A stretch of DNA of 32,000 nucleotides from Propionibacterium ruminifibrarum (GCF_900289195.1 NZ_OMOH01000004.1:30001-62000); one strand, 5' to 3'. Positions 15,688 to 23,938 are shown, counted from the stretch's first letter. The notes: generated from the letters alone by a model not told the origin. Program-made: numbers and translations.

Positions 15688-17202
15688 TCACGCGGGCTCG
15701 ACGGTGACCTCGTGGCTGGTGCCACCGACGGTCACGTTGTAGCTGATGGGGCCGGAGACTGCTGCCGAGGCGTTGCCCTCTTCCTCCGCCTTGAGCTGGG
15801 CCTCCGACAGGCCGACGTTCTTGGGGCCCTCGGCGCGGTGCGCGAAGAAGTCGGGTGCGACTCCCGGGAACAGCGCGTAGGTGAGGACGTCCTCGTCGGT
15901 GCCGTTGAAGCCGGGAAGCTGCGAGGCCTCCTCGACCTGCTTGTCCCACTCGGGTTCGAGAAGGTCGGCGGGACGGCAGGTGATGAGCTCCTTGCCGGTC
16001 TGCTCCTGGGCGAGCTTGGCGACCTCGGGGTCGCGTTCGGCGGGCGTGGCACCGTAGTAGCCGAGCATGAGGTCGGCGAACTCGCCGGTCATGCGCTTGT
16101 AGGAGCCCATGAGGACGTTGAACACGGCCTGGGTGCCGACGATCTGGCTCGTCGGGGTGACCAGCGGCGGGTAGCCGGCGGCCTTCTTGACGTTCGGCAC
16201 CTCGGCCATCACCTCGTCGATGCGGCTCTCGGCGCCCTGGGCACGCAGCTGGGACTCCATGTTCGAGAGCATGCCACCGGGGATCTGGGAGCTGAAGATC
16301 TTCGTGTCGACAAGGGTCTTCGACTCGAAGTTGCGGTACTTCGGGCGGATGGTGCGGAAGTGGTCGCGGATCTTGTAGAGACGATCGATGTCGAGGCTGG
16401 TGGTGTAACCAGTACCCTCGAGCATCTCGACGACGGACTCGGTCGGGTTGTGGCCCGGGCCGAGCGAGACGGAGCTGATCGCCGAGTCGACGACGTCGGC
16501 GCCGGCCTCGATGGCCTTCATGAGGGCGACCAGGGTGACACCCGTTGTGGAGTGGCAGTGGACGTTGATCTGGACGTCCTTGCCGTAGGTGTCCTTGATG
16601 CCCTTGACGATGTCGTACGCGGGCTGGGGCTTCAGCAGCGCGGCCATGTCCTTGAAGGCGATGGAGTCGGCGCCCATGTCGAGGAGCTGTCCGGCGAGCT
16701 TCACGTAGCCCTCGGTGGTGTGGGCGGGGCTGATCGTGTAGCAGATGGTGCCCTGCGCGTGCTTGCCGGCCTTCTTGACGGCGGCCATGGCGTGCTCCAT
16801 GTTGCGCGGGTCGTTCACTGCGTCGAAGACGCGGAAGACGTCCATGCCGTTCTCGGCGGACTTCTCCACGAAGCGGTCGACAACCTCATCGTTGTAGTGA
16901 CGGTAGCCAAGCAGGTTCTGGCCACGCAGCAGCATCTGGAGGCGGGTGTTCGGCATCAGCTTGCGGAAGGTGCGCAGACGCTCCCACGGATCCTCGTTGA
17001 GGAAGCGGATGCACGAATCGTACGTGGCACCGCCCCAACACTCGACCGACCAGTAGCCGGCGGCATCGATGTCGGCGCAGGCATCGACCATGTCCTCGGT
17101 GGCCATGCGGGTGGCGAACAGACTCTGATGGGCGTCGCGCAGCGCAAGCTCGGTGACACCGATCTCGCGCGGCTCGGAAACCTCAATTTCTCGCGGACTC
17201 AT
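15688..17202 (-). CDS. Transcarboxylase 5S subunit (oxaloacetate/pyruvate carboxyltransferase)
   Basis: Starting at ATG 17202 gives MSPREIEVSEPRE..., the N-terminus I recall for the P. freudenreichii 5S subunit. It is collinear throughout (LRDAHQSL, CWGGATYDSCIRFLNEDPWERL, KDMAALLKP). The ORF-track start at 17268 adds 22 unsupported residues. Confidence 0.95.
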   Translation of the reverse strand: MSPREIEVSEPREIGVTELALRDAHQSLFATRMATEDMVDACADIDAAGYWSVECWGGATYDSCIRFLNEDPWERLRTFRKLMPNTRLQMLLRGQNLLGYRHYNDEVVDRFVEKSAENGMDVFRVFDAVNDPRNMEHAMAAVKKAGKHAQGTICYTISPAHTTEGYVKLAGQLLDMGADSIAFKDMAALLKPQPAYDIVKGIKDTYGKDVQINVHCHSTTGVTLVALMKAIEAGADVVDSAISSVSLGPGHNPTESVVEMLEGTGYTTSLDIDRLYKIRDHFRTIRPKYRNFESKTLVDTKIFSSQIPGGMLSNMESQLRAQGAESRIDEVMAEVPNVKKAAGYPPLVTPTSQIVGTQAVFNVLMGSYKRMTGEFADLMLGYYGATPAERDPEVAKLAQEQTGKELITCRPADLLEPEWDKQVEEASQLPGFNGTDEDVLTYALFPGVAPDFFAHRAEGPKNVGLSEAQLKAEEEGNASAAVSGPISYNVTVGGTSHEVTVEPA

Positions 17203-17547
17203 GGGGCTCATCATTCCACGTCCTGCTCTCATCGGCATCCATTGGGGTACCCATAAGGGTCTTATCACGAATGAAGGCCGATAAGAGCAGGTTTGACGAG
17301 CGGCGGGACGTCCCGCGCGACGCCCCCAGGGCAGGCCCCGGGGCGCCTGCCGGAGGGGTCGGGCGTCGGCCGGGAGGGTGAGGCAGAGGACAGTGACGTG
17401 TCGCGATCACCGCTGCCCGCCTGGAATCGACCGGCGTGATGCGGCATTCGGGTCCGATCCGTGACGAGAGTGCCGTGGGAGGGCATTCGCATCCACCCGG
17501 TGGCAAGGACGTGCCGGCGGCAGGTGTGATGCGGTGTACTTGAACCC
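17203..17547. promoter_or_regulatory. 345-bp divergent intergenic region (transcarboxylase operon promoter/leader and promoter of gene 17548)
   Basis: No supported ORF lies here. The region contains a CTTATC-N13-GATAAG inverted repeat at about 17259-17283 and several GC hairpins. I could not assign promoter hexamers with confidence. Confidence 0.3.
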
Positions 17548-18879
17548 ATGATCGTCGAACTCACCTACATCCGTTCCAGCGACACCGATTCCGTCGGCAG
17601 GACCGCCGCCCGTCTGGGCGAGCGGCTGCGCAACGGGGTCGAGACGGCCCCCGGGTTCGTCGTCACCACGGACGACCTGGCCGAGCTCGTCGAGCGCGAG
17701 GACCTGGCGTCGCGGCTCGAGGGCCTGTCGGCCGAGGAGGCCGCCGCCCTCGCGGAAGAGGTCATCACCGCGGCCCAGCTGCCCGCCGATCTCGTGGATG
17801 ACCTGGCCGAGAGCTATGCCGCGCTGGGGCGTGACGCCTGGGTGAGCGTGCAGGCATCCCCCACCGAACGCGACCTCGGCGTGAGCCGTGACGTGCTGGG
17901 ACCGGTGCAGGGGGCCGACGCCGCGTGGGCGCTGATCCGTCAGGTGTGGGCCTCGCTGTGGACACCCGAGGCGATCGCCCGCCGCGAGGAGAAGGCCGTG
18001 ACCGACGCGCAGGACAAACTGGCCGTCCTGGTGCAGCAGGCCGACGCCCCCGCCGAACCGGCACCCGCGGCCGATGCCGGCGAGAGCACCGAGAAGGCGG
18101 AGGAGACGGCTCCGGAGCTGCCCCTCGACGAGCCCGTCGAGACCCCGGCCGCTGCCGAGGCCGCCGCGCCGGAGGTCACCACACCGAACGCCACCGCCGA
18201 GCCCGCCGGGGACGTGGACGCAGGCGAGGAGGACGAGGAAGCAGTCGTCGCCGAGGCGGAGCTGGCCGAGGAGGAGGGCCGGGCCGTCGAACAGGCCGAG
18301 GCCATCGCGGACGAGGCCGACCCGGTCGAAGCCGCCGAGGTGATCCTGGCCGAGGACGAGGCGCTGCGGATGACAGCGGACGAGCAGGACACCCAGGCCG
18401 TCGTGACAGGCGCCGAGGCCGATGAGGCCTCGATCGAGGAGACCCGCAGCGGTGAGGCCCAGGTCGACGAGACCCGGGACAGCGACGCCCGGGAGGCCGA
18501 GACGGCTCACGAGCCGGCGGAATCCGTCGAACCCCTCGCCGACGCCGAGCCCGAGCAGGCCGAAGCCGAACCCGCGCCAGAGCCGTCCGAAGCCGCCGAG
18601 CCGGTTCTCGACGGTGAGAGCGAGTCCGCTGCGGAGCCGGCGCCCGAGATCCTCGAGACGGAGGCGTTCGAGGACGTCACCGCCGGCGAGACCCCGGAGG
18701 CCGCGGAGCCCGCCGACCGGGAGGAACCGGCCGGGACGTCGCGACCCCGGGCGCAGGCCTCAGGGGGCGACTCGTCCTTCACGGCGCGCACCGAGCCGTC
18801 CGGCCGGTCCCGCTGGATCGTCATCGGGCTGGTCTCGTTCGTCCTGCTGCTGCTCTTCAGGCGCCTGCGCCGTCGCTGA
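17548..18879 (+). CDS. Hypothetical protein: degenerate PEP-utilising-enzyme N-terminal (PPDK_N-like) domain + long acidic Ala/Glu/Pro-rich region + C-terminal hydrophobic anchor
   Basis: Residues 1 to about 165 resemble the PpsA/PPDK N-domain (SVGRTAARLGE vs VGGKxAxLGE; PGFVVTT; VSVQASPTERDL vs VAVRSSATAEDL; VWASLWTPEAIARR; LAVLVQQ). Residues from about 165 to 400 are low-complexity and acidic. The C-terminus is RSRWIVIGLVSFVLLLLFRRLRRR. GC3 bias supports the plus frame. Confidence 0.55.
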   Translation: MIVELTYIRSSDTDSVGRTAARLGERLRNGVETAPGFVVTTDDLAELVEREDLASRLEGLSAEEAAALAEEVITAAQLPADLVDDLAESYAALGRDAWVSVQASPTERDLGVSRDVLGPVQGADAAWALIRQVWASLWTPEAIARREEKAVTDAQDKLAVLVQQADAPAEPAPAADAGESTEKAEETAPELPLDEPVETPAAAEAAAPEVTTPNATAEPAGDVDAGEEDEEAVVAEAELAEEEGRAVEQAEAIADEADPVEAAEVILAEDEALRMTADEQDTQAVVTGAEADEASIEETRSGEAQVDETRDSDAREAETAHEPAESVEPLADAEPEQAEAEPAPEPSEAAEPVLDGESESAAEPAPEILETEAFEDVTAGETPEAAEPADREEPAGTSRPRAQASGGDSSFTARTEPSGRSRWIVIGLVSFVLLLLFRRLRRR

Positions 18880-18949
18880 GTGGGGTTCAGCGCAAGCCCT
18901 CTGCTCCGATAGCATTCAGCCGGTACCCTGAGCCACACCGGAGTCATTC

Positions 18950-20320
18950 ATGCCAGACCAGTCCTCGCTGTTGTCCCGCCTACGCCGACCCGTCGTGACA
19001 CCGGGCATAGCCCACGCGATCGAACAGGGGCTCCATGAGGAGGGGCGACGCAGGGCCGACGCCCTTGAGGCGCAACTCGACTACGTGCGTCACGTGGCAG
19101 AGTCGGCCCGGGCGACGGCCGCGATGGTCGCCCGCCGCAAGGTGCCGGGCAGGCGTGTCACGGTGCTGTTCCTCGTGCACCATCCCGAGGCCTGGTACTC
19201 GCTGGCGCGGGTGCACGAATTGATGCTCGCCGACCCCGACTTCGAGGTGGTCGTGGCGAGCCTGCCGCGGCACTTCCCCGGGGCCGACGGCTACCGGGAC
19301 GAGGACTACGTCAGCGGGCGTCTCGACCACTTCGGGGTGGAGCACCTGCGGTTCAACAGCCGTGACCCGTTCATGGACCTGGACATCATCCGCACGATCG
19401 ACCCGGACATCATCGTCCGCCAGTCCCAGTGGGACGCCGACATACCACCGGCCTTCGCAACCAGCGAGCTGCGTTTCGCCAGGCTGTGCCAGGTGCCTTA
19501 CGAGTTGCTGAACTTCATCGTCAACATCATCGAGGACAGCGGCCTCAACACCGTGCTCGACAGCCCCTTCCACCGCAACGCCTGGGCCGTCTTCTGCGCG
19601 AACGACGAGGTGCGGGCCGAGATCGCGGAGCAGACCCCCGCGACCCGAGCCAGGCAGTTCGTCGCCACCGGGCACCCGAAGGCCGACGTTCTGGGCGCAC
19701 TGGCGGGCGCCGAACCCGATCCGGGGCACCGGTTCACCGTGCTGTGGTCGGCGCACCACAGCGTGGGCGAGGAGTGGGTCCGGTTCGGCACCTTCGCCAC
19801 GACCGGGCCCCAGATGGTCGAGCAGGCACGGGCCCATCCCGAGTGGGACTTCGTCTTCAGCGCCCACCCGGCCCTGCTCACCAAGATGGACGAGCACGCG
19901 GCGCCGTTGTCCGAGGCGCTGGTCGCCGACTTCTGGCGCGACTGGAATGCACTGCCCAACACCTCGGTGTTCGGCGGCGGGGATTACGCCGACCAGTTCC
20001 GCAACAGCGACGTGCTCGTCTGTGACGGGGTGAGCTGGCTCGCCGAGTACCAGCTGACCGGCAGGCCCGTCGTCTTCCTGGAGCGCGAGGACCACCAGCC
20101 CTTCAGCCCGCTGGGTGAGCGCATCATCGCCGGAGTGAACCGGGTGCCGGGAGTGGCCGAGGCGTTCACGCTGGTGGAGGCCCTGGCAGCCGGGGCGGCG
20201 GACCCCCGTCAGGACGAGCGACAGCGGACGGCCCAGCTGCTGCGCGGTGACGGGCACGCGGCCGAGAACATCGTCGCGGCGATCAAGGCCAAGCTGGAGG
20301 ACGAGGGCTGGCAGCACTGA
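18950..20320 (+). CDS. Putative CDP-glycerol glycerophosphotransferase (TagB/TagF)-family protein
   Basis: 456 aa with GGAG upstream. The motif pattern is reminiscent of the Glyphos_transf family: VTVLFLVHHPEAW, FTVLWSAHHS, FVFSAHPAL, NSDVLVCDGVSWLAEYQLTGRPVVFLE. The call is from memory of family motifs only. Confidence 0.5.
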   Translation: MPDQSSLLSRLRRPVVTPGIAHAIEQGLHEEGRRRADALEAQLDYVRHVAESARATAAMVARRKVPGRRVTVLFLVHHPEAWYSLARVHELMLADPDFEVVVASLPRHFPGADGYRDEDYVSGRLDHFGVEHLRFNSRDPFMDLDIIRTIDPDIIVRQSQWDADIPPAFATSELRFARLCQVPYELLNFIVNIIEDSGLNTVLDSPFHRNAWAVFCANDEVRAEIAEQTPATRARQFVATGHPKADVLGALAGAEPDPGHRFTVLWSAHHSVGEEWVRFGTFATTGPQMVEQARAHPEWDFVFSAHPALLTKMDEHAAPLSEALVADFWRDWNALPNTSVFGGGDYADQFRNSDVLVCDGVSWLAEYQLTGRPVVFLEREDHQPFSPLGERIIAGVNRVPGVAEAFTLVEALAAGAADPRQDERQRTAQLLRGDGHAAENIVAAIKAKLEDEGWQH

Positions 20321-20380
20321 GCGGTCACCAAGCCCGCCACGGCACGCGACGGCGTGTGGTCTCGGGCAACGCCACGCGGC

Positions 20381-20460
20381 CCCGGCTGTCGCCTCGTCGT
20401 GCGGGAAACCCTGGCCCCTACACCAACGCGCCGGCCCGGCTGAGCCGTCGCCTCGTCGTG
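20381..20460. repeat. Direct repeat pair A in the tagF-like/rarA convergent spacer
   Basis: CCCGGCTG-TCGCCTCGTCGTG (20381-20401) and CCCGGCTGagccgTCGCCTCGTCGTG (20435-20460) are identical apart from a 5-nt insertion. Confidence 0.6.
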
Positions 20461-20512
20461 GTTCCCGGGCCGGGCCAGGGCCCCGGAGCGGCTCGCCCCC
20501 GCCCACGATCCA

Positions 20513-20579
20513 CCTCGGCAGGCCGCGGAGTCATGTGGCGCGTGACGCGACCGGGATCATTCGCCTCGGCCGGCCGCGG
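20513..20579. repeat. Direct repeat pair B in the same spacer
   Basis: CCTCGGCAGGCCGCGG (20513-20528) and CCTCGGCCGGCCGCGG (20564-20579) differ at 1 position. Both are preceded by a GATC-containing segment (ACGATCCA / GGGATCATTCG). Confidence 0.55.
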
Positions 20580-20651
20580 GGCCAGGACCAAGCCGCAGCA
20601 GTCGGACACGCCGCCCCGGGTTGGGCCAGGGATCACGAGGCGGGCCCAGGC

Positions 20652-22010
20652 TCAGCCGCCGGTCTCGCCGAGTTTCCGGCGGCGCAGACGCTCCCAGTGG
20701 GCCAGGCGCTCGCGGATCTGCTGCTCGTTGCCGTGGTCGGTCGGCTCGTAGAAACGCTCCCGCTCGGCCGGGGGCGGGTAGCCCTCGGGCATGTAGTCGG
20801 CGCCGGAGAAACCATCGGCGGTGTCCGGGTCGTACTGGTAACCGGCACCATAGCCGAGGTTCTTCATGAGCCGGGTGGGGGCGTTGAGGATGTGCGCCGG
20901 CGGCCTGAGGGAACCCGTCCGGCGGGCCGCCGCCTGGGCCCGGGTGAAGCCGCGGTAGACGCCGATCGACTTGGGCGCGGTGGCCAGGTGGACGACGGCC
21001 TGGGCGATGGCCAGCTCGCCCTCGGGTGAGCCGAGCCGCTCGTAGGCCTGCCAGGCGCCCAGCGCCGCCTGGAGAGCACCGGGATCGGCGAGCCCCACGT
21101 CCTCGCTGGCGAAGCGCACGAGGCGGCGGGCGACGTAGAGCGGGTCCTCGCCGCCGGACAGCATCCTGGCCAGCCAGTACAGGGCGGCATCCGGGTCGGA
21201 GCCGCGCATCGACTTGTGGAGCGCGGAGATGAGGTTGTAGTGCTCCTCCCCCGCCTTGTCATAGGCCGGGGCTCGGGTGGCGACGACGGCTGCGAGGCCC
21301 GCCTCGTCGAGCGGGGTGGCGGGGGCCGCCGCGAGGACCTGCTCGACCATGCCCAGCAGATAGCGTCCGTCACCATCTGCCATGGCGATCAGCGCGGCAC
21401 GGGCACCGTCGGTGAGCGGCAGGGGGCCGCCCGTGAGTCGCTGCGCACGGTCGAGGAGTTCGGTCAGGGCGGGCTCGTCGAGGCGGCGCAGTACGAGCAC
21501 CTGGCAGCGCGACAGGAGCGCCCCGTTGAGCTCGAAGCTGGGGTTCTCGGTGGTGGCGCCGACGAGGACGACCGTGCCGTCCTCGACGTAGGGCAGCAGG
21601 CAGTCCTGCTGGGCACGGTTGAAGCGGTGCACCTCGTCGACGAACAGGAGCGTGCCCCGGCCGCTGCGGCGGCGTGCCGCGGCGGCGGCGAAGATCTTCC
21701 GCAGCTCTGCCACCCCGGAGGCGGTCGCCGAGACCTGCTCGACGTCGAGGCCGACGCGCGCGGCGAGCAGCCGGGCGATCGTCGTCTTGCCGCATCCGGG
21801 CGGGCCCCACAGGATGACAGAGGACAGGTGGCCGGCCCTCACCATCCGCCCCAGCGGGGCGTCGGGTGCGAGCAGGTGGTCCTGCCCGACCACCTCCTCC
21901 AGGGCACCGGGACGCAGCCGGTCGGCCAGCGGGCGCGCCCGGTCGTCGGCGGTACGGCCGCCGCCCGCGGCCGGGGCCTCGAAGAGTGCGGGGGCGTCCT
22001 CGGTGCTCAT
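20652..22010 (-). CDS. rarA: Replication-associated recombination protein A (AAA+ ATPase RarA/MgsA)
   Basis: VVGQDHLL, Walker A GPPGCGKTT, Walker B LFVDEVHRFN, and the MgsA C-terminal signature HYNLISALHKSMRGSDPDAALYWLARML. Confidence 0.92.
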   Translation of the reverse strand: MSTEDAPALFEAPAAGGGRTADDRARPLADRLRPGALEEVVGQDHLLAPDAPLGRMVRAGHLSSVILWGPPGCGKTTIARLLAARVGLDVEQVSATASGVAELRKIFAAAAARRRSGRGTLLFVDEVHRFNRAQQDCLLPYVEDGTVVLVGATTENPSFELNGALLSRCQVLVLRRLDEPALTELLDRAQRLTGGPLPLTDGARAALIAMADGDGRYLLGMVEQVLAAAPATPLDEAGLAAVVATRAPAYDKAGEEHYNLISALHKSMRGSDPDAALYWLARMLSGGEDPLYVARRLVRFASEDVGLADPGALQAALGAWQAYERLGSPEGELAIAQAVVHLATAPKSIGVYRGFTRAQAAARRTGSLRPPAHILNAPTRLMKNLGYGAGYQYDPDTADGFSGADYMPEGYPPPAERERFYEPTDHGNEQQIRERLAHWERLRRRKLGETGG

Positions 22011-22082
22011 GTGTTCAGACTACGGCGGGGCAGTGACACGGCGACGGGCATGGAGCGGGGCGGTGTCGGGGATGCGCCCGCC

Positions 22083-23255
22083 TCATCGATCCATCCCGGC
22101 CGGGGACGCCCATGCCGCGAGACCGGCGGGGCTGGCAACCTCGTCCAGGGCGGTTTCGGTGGCGCCGATGAGCGCGGCGTCGGATCCGAGTTCGCCCGCG
22201 ATGATCCGCGGCGGGTCGTCGCGCAGGCAGCGCATGAGACCGCCCGCCAGGGCCCTCTCGAAGGCCAGGGGCGCCGCGGAGCGCAGGAGCGGCCCGATCC
22301 CGCCGAGGGTGACGACATCGGGATCCATGGTGTTGACCAGGCCGGCCGCGCCCCGCCCCAGGCTCGTTGCCGCGGCCTCGAGCACGGCGCGGCGGGTGGG
22401 GTCATTCCGCGCGATGGCCGCCTCGATGGCCGGCGCCGAGTCGTCCTCGGCGTGCAATCGCCTGGACAGCGGACCGGCACCGAGGACGGTGTCCCAGCAG
22501 CCCCGCGCCCCGCAGCCGCAGACCGCGTCCGGGTTCCCGAAGGGCAGGTGTCCGATCTCCATGGCCAGGCCGGACGCCCCGAGCACGGGCTCACCGTCGA
22601 GGACGAGACCACCGCCGACGCCCGAGAGCACGGTGAGGTGCAGGGCATTGCGCGCCCCGCGCGAGGCGCCACGGCGGGACTCGGCCAGCGCCTCGCAGGT
22701 GGCGTCGTTGGTGACGCGCATCACGGCCCCGGGCATGTGCAGGGACGAGAGGGACACCTGTTCCCAGCCGAGGACGGAGGACTGGACGATCGTACCGTCG
22801 CGGACGGTCACGGCCGCGACGACGGACACGGCCCGCACCCTTTCGGCACGGCCGCGCGTCGCAGTGGCCATGGCCCGGCGGATCGTCGTGAGGACGACAT
22901 CGGGCCTGAGGCCGCGGTGCGGGGCACCGGCGACAACCGTCGGCCGGCCGTCGAGCCCAGCGGTCGCCACTCGCCACCCGCCGGCGGTGATCTCCACGGC
23001 GACGACGAGCGGACCTCCGGGATGCGCGGTGAGCACGGAGGTGGGGCGTCCCCGGCCGTGCGTCTCGGGTTCCCCCTCGTCGAGGAGGGCGGCCTGACGC
23101 ATCCTCGTCACGAGATCGGCCGCCGTGCCGGTGGAGATGCCCAGATCGCGGGCGAGGCGCGCTCGGGTGATGCCCGGGGTGGCGCGCATCAGGGCACAGG
23201 CATCGGCCGCCAGGGCCCACCGTAGTTGCCCTGCTGTGCTGTGCCGTTGGGCCAT
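22083..23255 (-). CDS. ROK-family transcriptional regulator
   Basis: N-terminal winged-HTH (ITRARLARDLGISTGTAADLVTRM) plus a ROK sugar-kinase-like domain with the zinc motif CGCGARGCWDT. GAGGGAGG RBS upstream. Confidence 0.82.
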   Translation of the reverse strand: MAQRHSTAGQLRWALAADACALMRATPGITRARLARDLGISTGTAADLVTRMRQAALLDEGEPETHGRGRPTSVLTAHPGGPLVVAVEITAGGWRVATAGLDGRPTVVAGAPHRGLRPDVVLTTIRRAMATATRGRAERVRAVSVVAAVTVRDGTIVQSSVLGWEQVSLSSLHMPGAVMRVTNDATCEALAESRRGASRGARNALHLTVLSGVGGGLVLDGEPVLGASGLAMEIGHLPFGNPDAVCGCGARGCWDTVLGAGPLSRRLHAEDDSAPAIEAAIARNDPTRRAVLEAAATSLGRGAAGLVNTMDPDVVTLGGIGPLLRSAAPLAFERALAGGLMRCLRDDPPRIIAGELGSDAALIGATETALDEVASPAGLAAWASPAGMDR

Positions 23256-23302
23256 GGGACCTCCCTCTCGCTTTTTAATCGTGTTACGAGTTTAATTGGG
23301 GC

Positions 23303-23938
23303 ATGAGTCCATCCCCGCATCGTTCTGCTCCCTGGCGCGCCGTCCTCCTCGACATGGACGGCACGATGGTGAACTCCCATGCCGCCGTCGAGGCGGCATG
23401 GACCGCCTGGGCCCGCGACAACGGACTCGACCCGTCAGCGGTTCTCGCGGTCTGCCACGGGCCGGACGCGGCCACCACCGTGCGACGCTTCCTGCCCGAC
23501 CTCGGCGAGGCCGAGGTGGCCGAGCACGTCATGGCCCACCTGGAGCGCGAGTGCGCCGACACCGACGGCGTGCACCCCTCACCCGGCGCCTTGGAACTGG
23601 CCGCCTGGCTGGATGAGCAGGCCCTCCCCTGGGCGGTCGTCACCAACGCCCACCGCCGCCTGGCCCGCGCGAGACTGGGGGCCGCCGGGATCGAGCCACC
23701 GGTCATCGTCTCCTTCGACGACGTCGAGCACGGGAAACCTCACCCCGAGGGCTACCTGCTGGGGGCTCGGCGGCTGGGGGTCGAGCCCCGGCAGGCGGTC
23801 TGCGTGGAGGACTCGGCCCCTGGCCTGACCGCGGCGCGGGCCGCGGGGATGGTCACCGTGGCGGTGGGCGGGGCCACGAACGGCGACATCATCTGCCGCG
23901 ATCTTCACGACGTGCTCAGGCTCCTGGCGTGCGCCTAA
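23303..23938 (+). CDS. HAD-IA family hydrolase (sugar-phosphate phosphatase / beta-phosphoglucomutase-like)
   Basis: Motif I LLDMDGTMV, motif II VVTNA, motif III K in EHGKPHPEGY, motif IV VEDSAPG. The gene is divergent from the ROK gene across a 47-bp AT-rich spacer. Confidence 0.82.
   Translation: MSPSPHRSAPWRAVLLDMDGTMVNSHAAVEAAWTAWARDNGLDPSAVLAVCHGPDAATTVRRFLPDLGEAEVAEHVMAHLERECADTDGVHPSPGALELAAWLDEQALPWAVVTNAHRRLARARLGAAGIEPPVIVSFDDVEHGKPHPEGYLLGARRLGVEPRQAVCVEDSAPGLTAARAAGMVTVAVGGATNGDIICRDLHDVLRLLACA

Noticed and set aside
14119-17256. Two long plus-strand ORFs (14119..15642 and 15712..17256) opposite the 12S and 5S genes
   Set aside because: The minus-strand products are collinear with the classical transcarboxylase subunits. 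The plus-frame translations are Gly/Asp/Val/Ala/Arg-rich with no motifs.
17203-17268. Upstream in-frame ATGs extending the 5S subunit by up to 22 residues
   Set aside because: MSPREIEV... from ATG 17202 matches the N-terminus I recall for the classical 5S subunit, and the extension (MIRPLWVPQWMPMRAGRGMMSP) has no homologous counterpart. Start choice remains slightly uncertain.
18040-18780. Possible tandem DNA repeat or CRISPR-like periodicity in the acidic region of gene 17548
   Set aside because: The repetition is compositional (GAG/GCC/CCG codons for Glu/Ala/Pro). It has no fixed-length unit and no repeat-spacer organisation, so it is coding low complexity.
18980-20506. 508-aa minus-strand ORF opposite the TagF-like gene
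   Set aside because: It has no RBS or start context, its composition is typical of an antisense frame, and it runs through the intergenic repeats. The plus frame shows family-like motifs.
20356-20751. 131-aa plus ORF and 72-aa minus ORF (20418..20636) in the tagF-like/rarA spacer
   Set aside because: Both are Arg/Pro-rich with no RBS. The two copies of repeat A differ by a 5-nt indel, which would shift the frame. They are more likely non-coding.
21216-23225. 669-aa plus-strand ORF spanning rarA and the ROK regulator
   Set aside because: It crosses an intergenic region and two well-supported minus-strand genes, and it is a compositional artefact.
23256-23302. AT-rich 47-bp ROK/HAD divergent spacer with TCGTgttACGA and TTAA-N13-TTAA symmetry as a ROK operator
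   Set aside because: The arms are only 4 bp and could easily arise by chance in an AT-rich promoter. I note it but consider it too weak to call as a feature.
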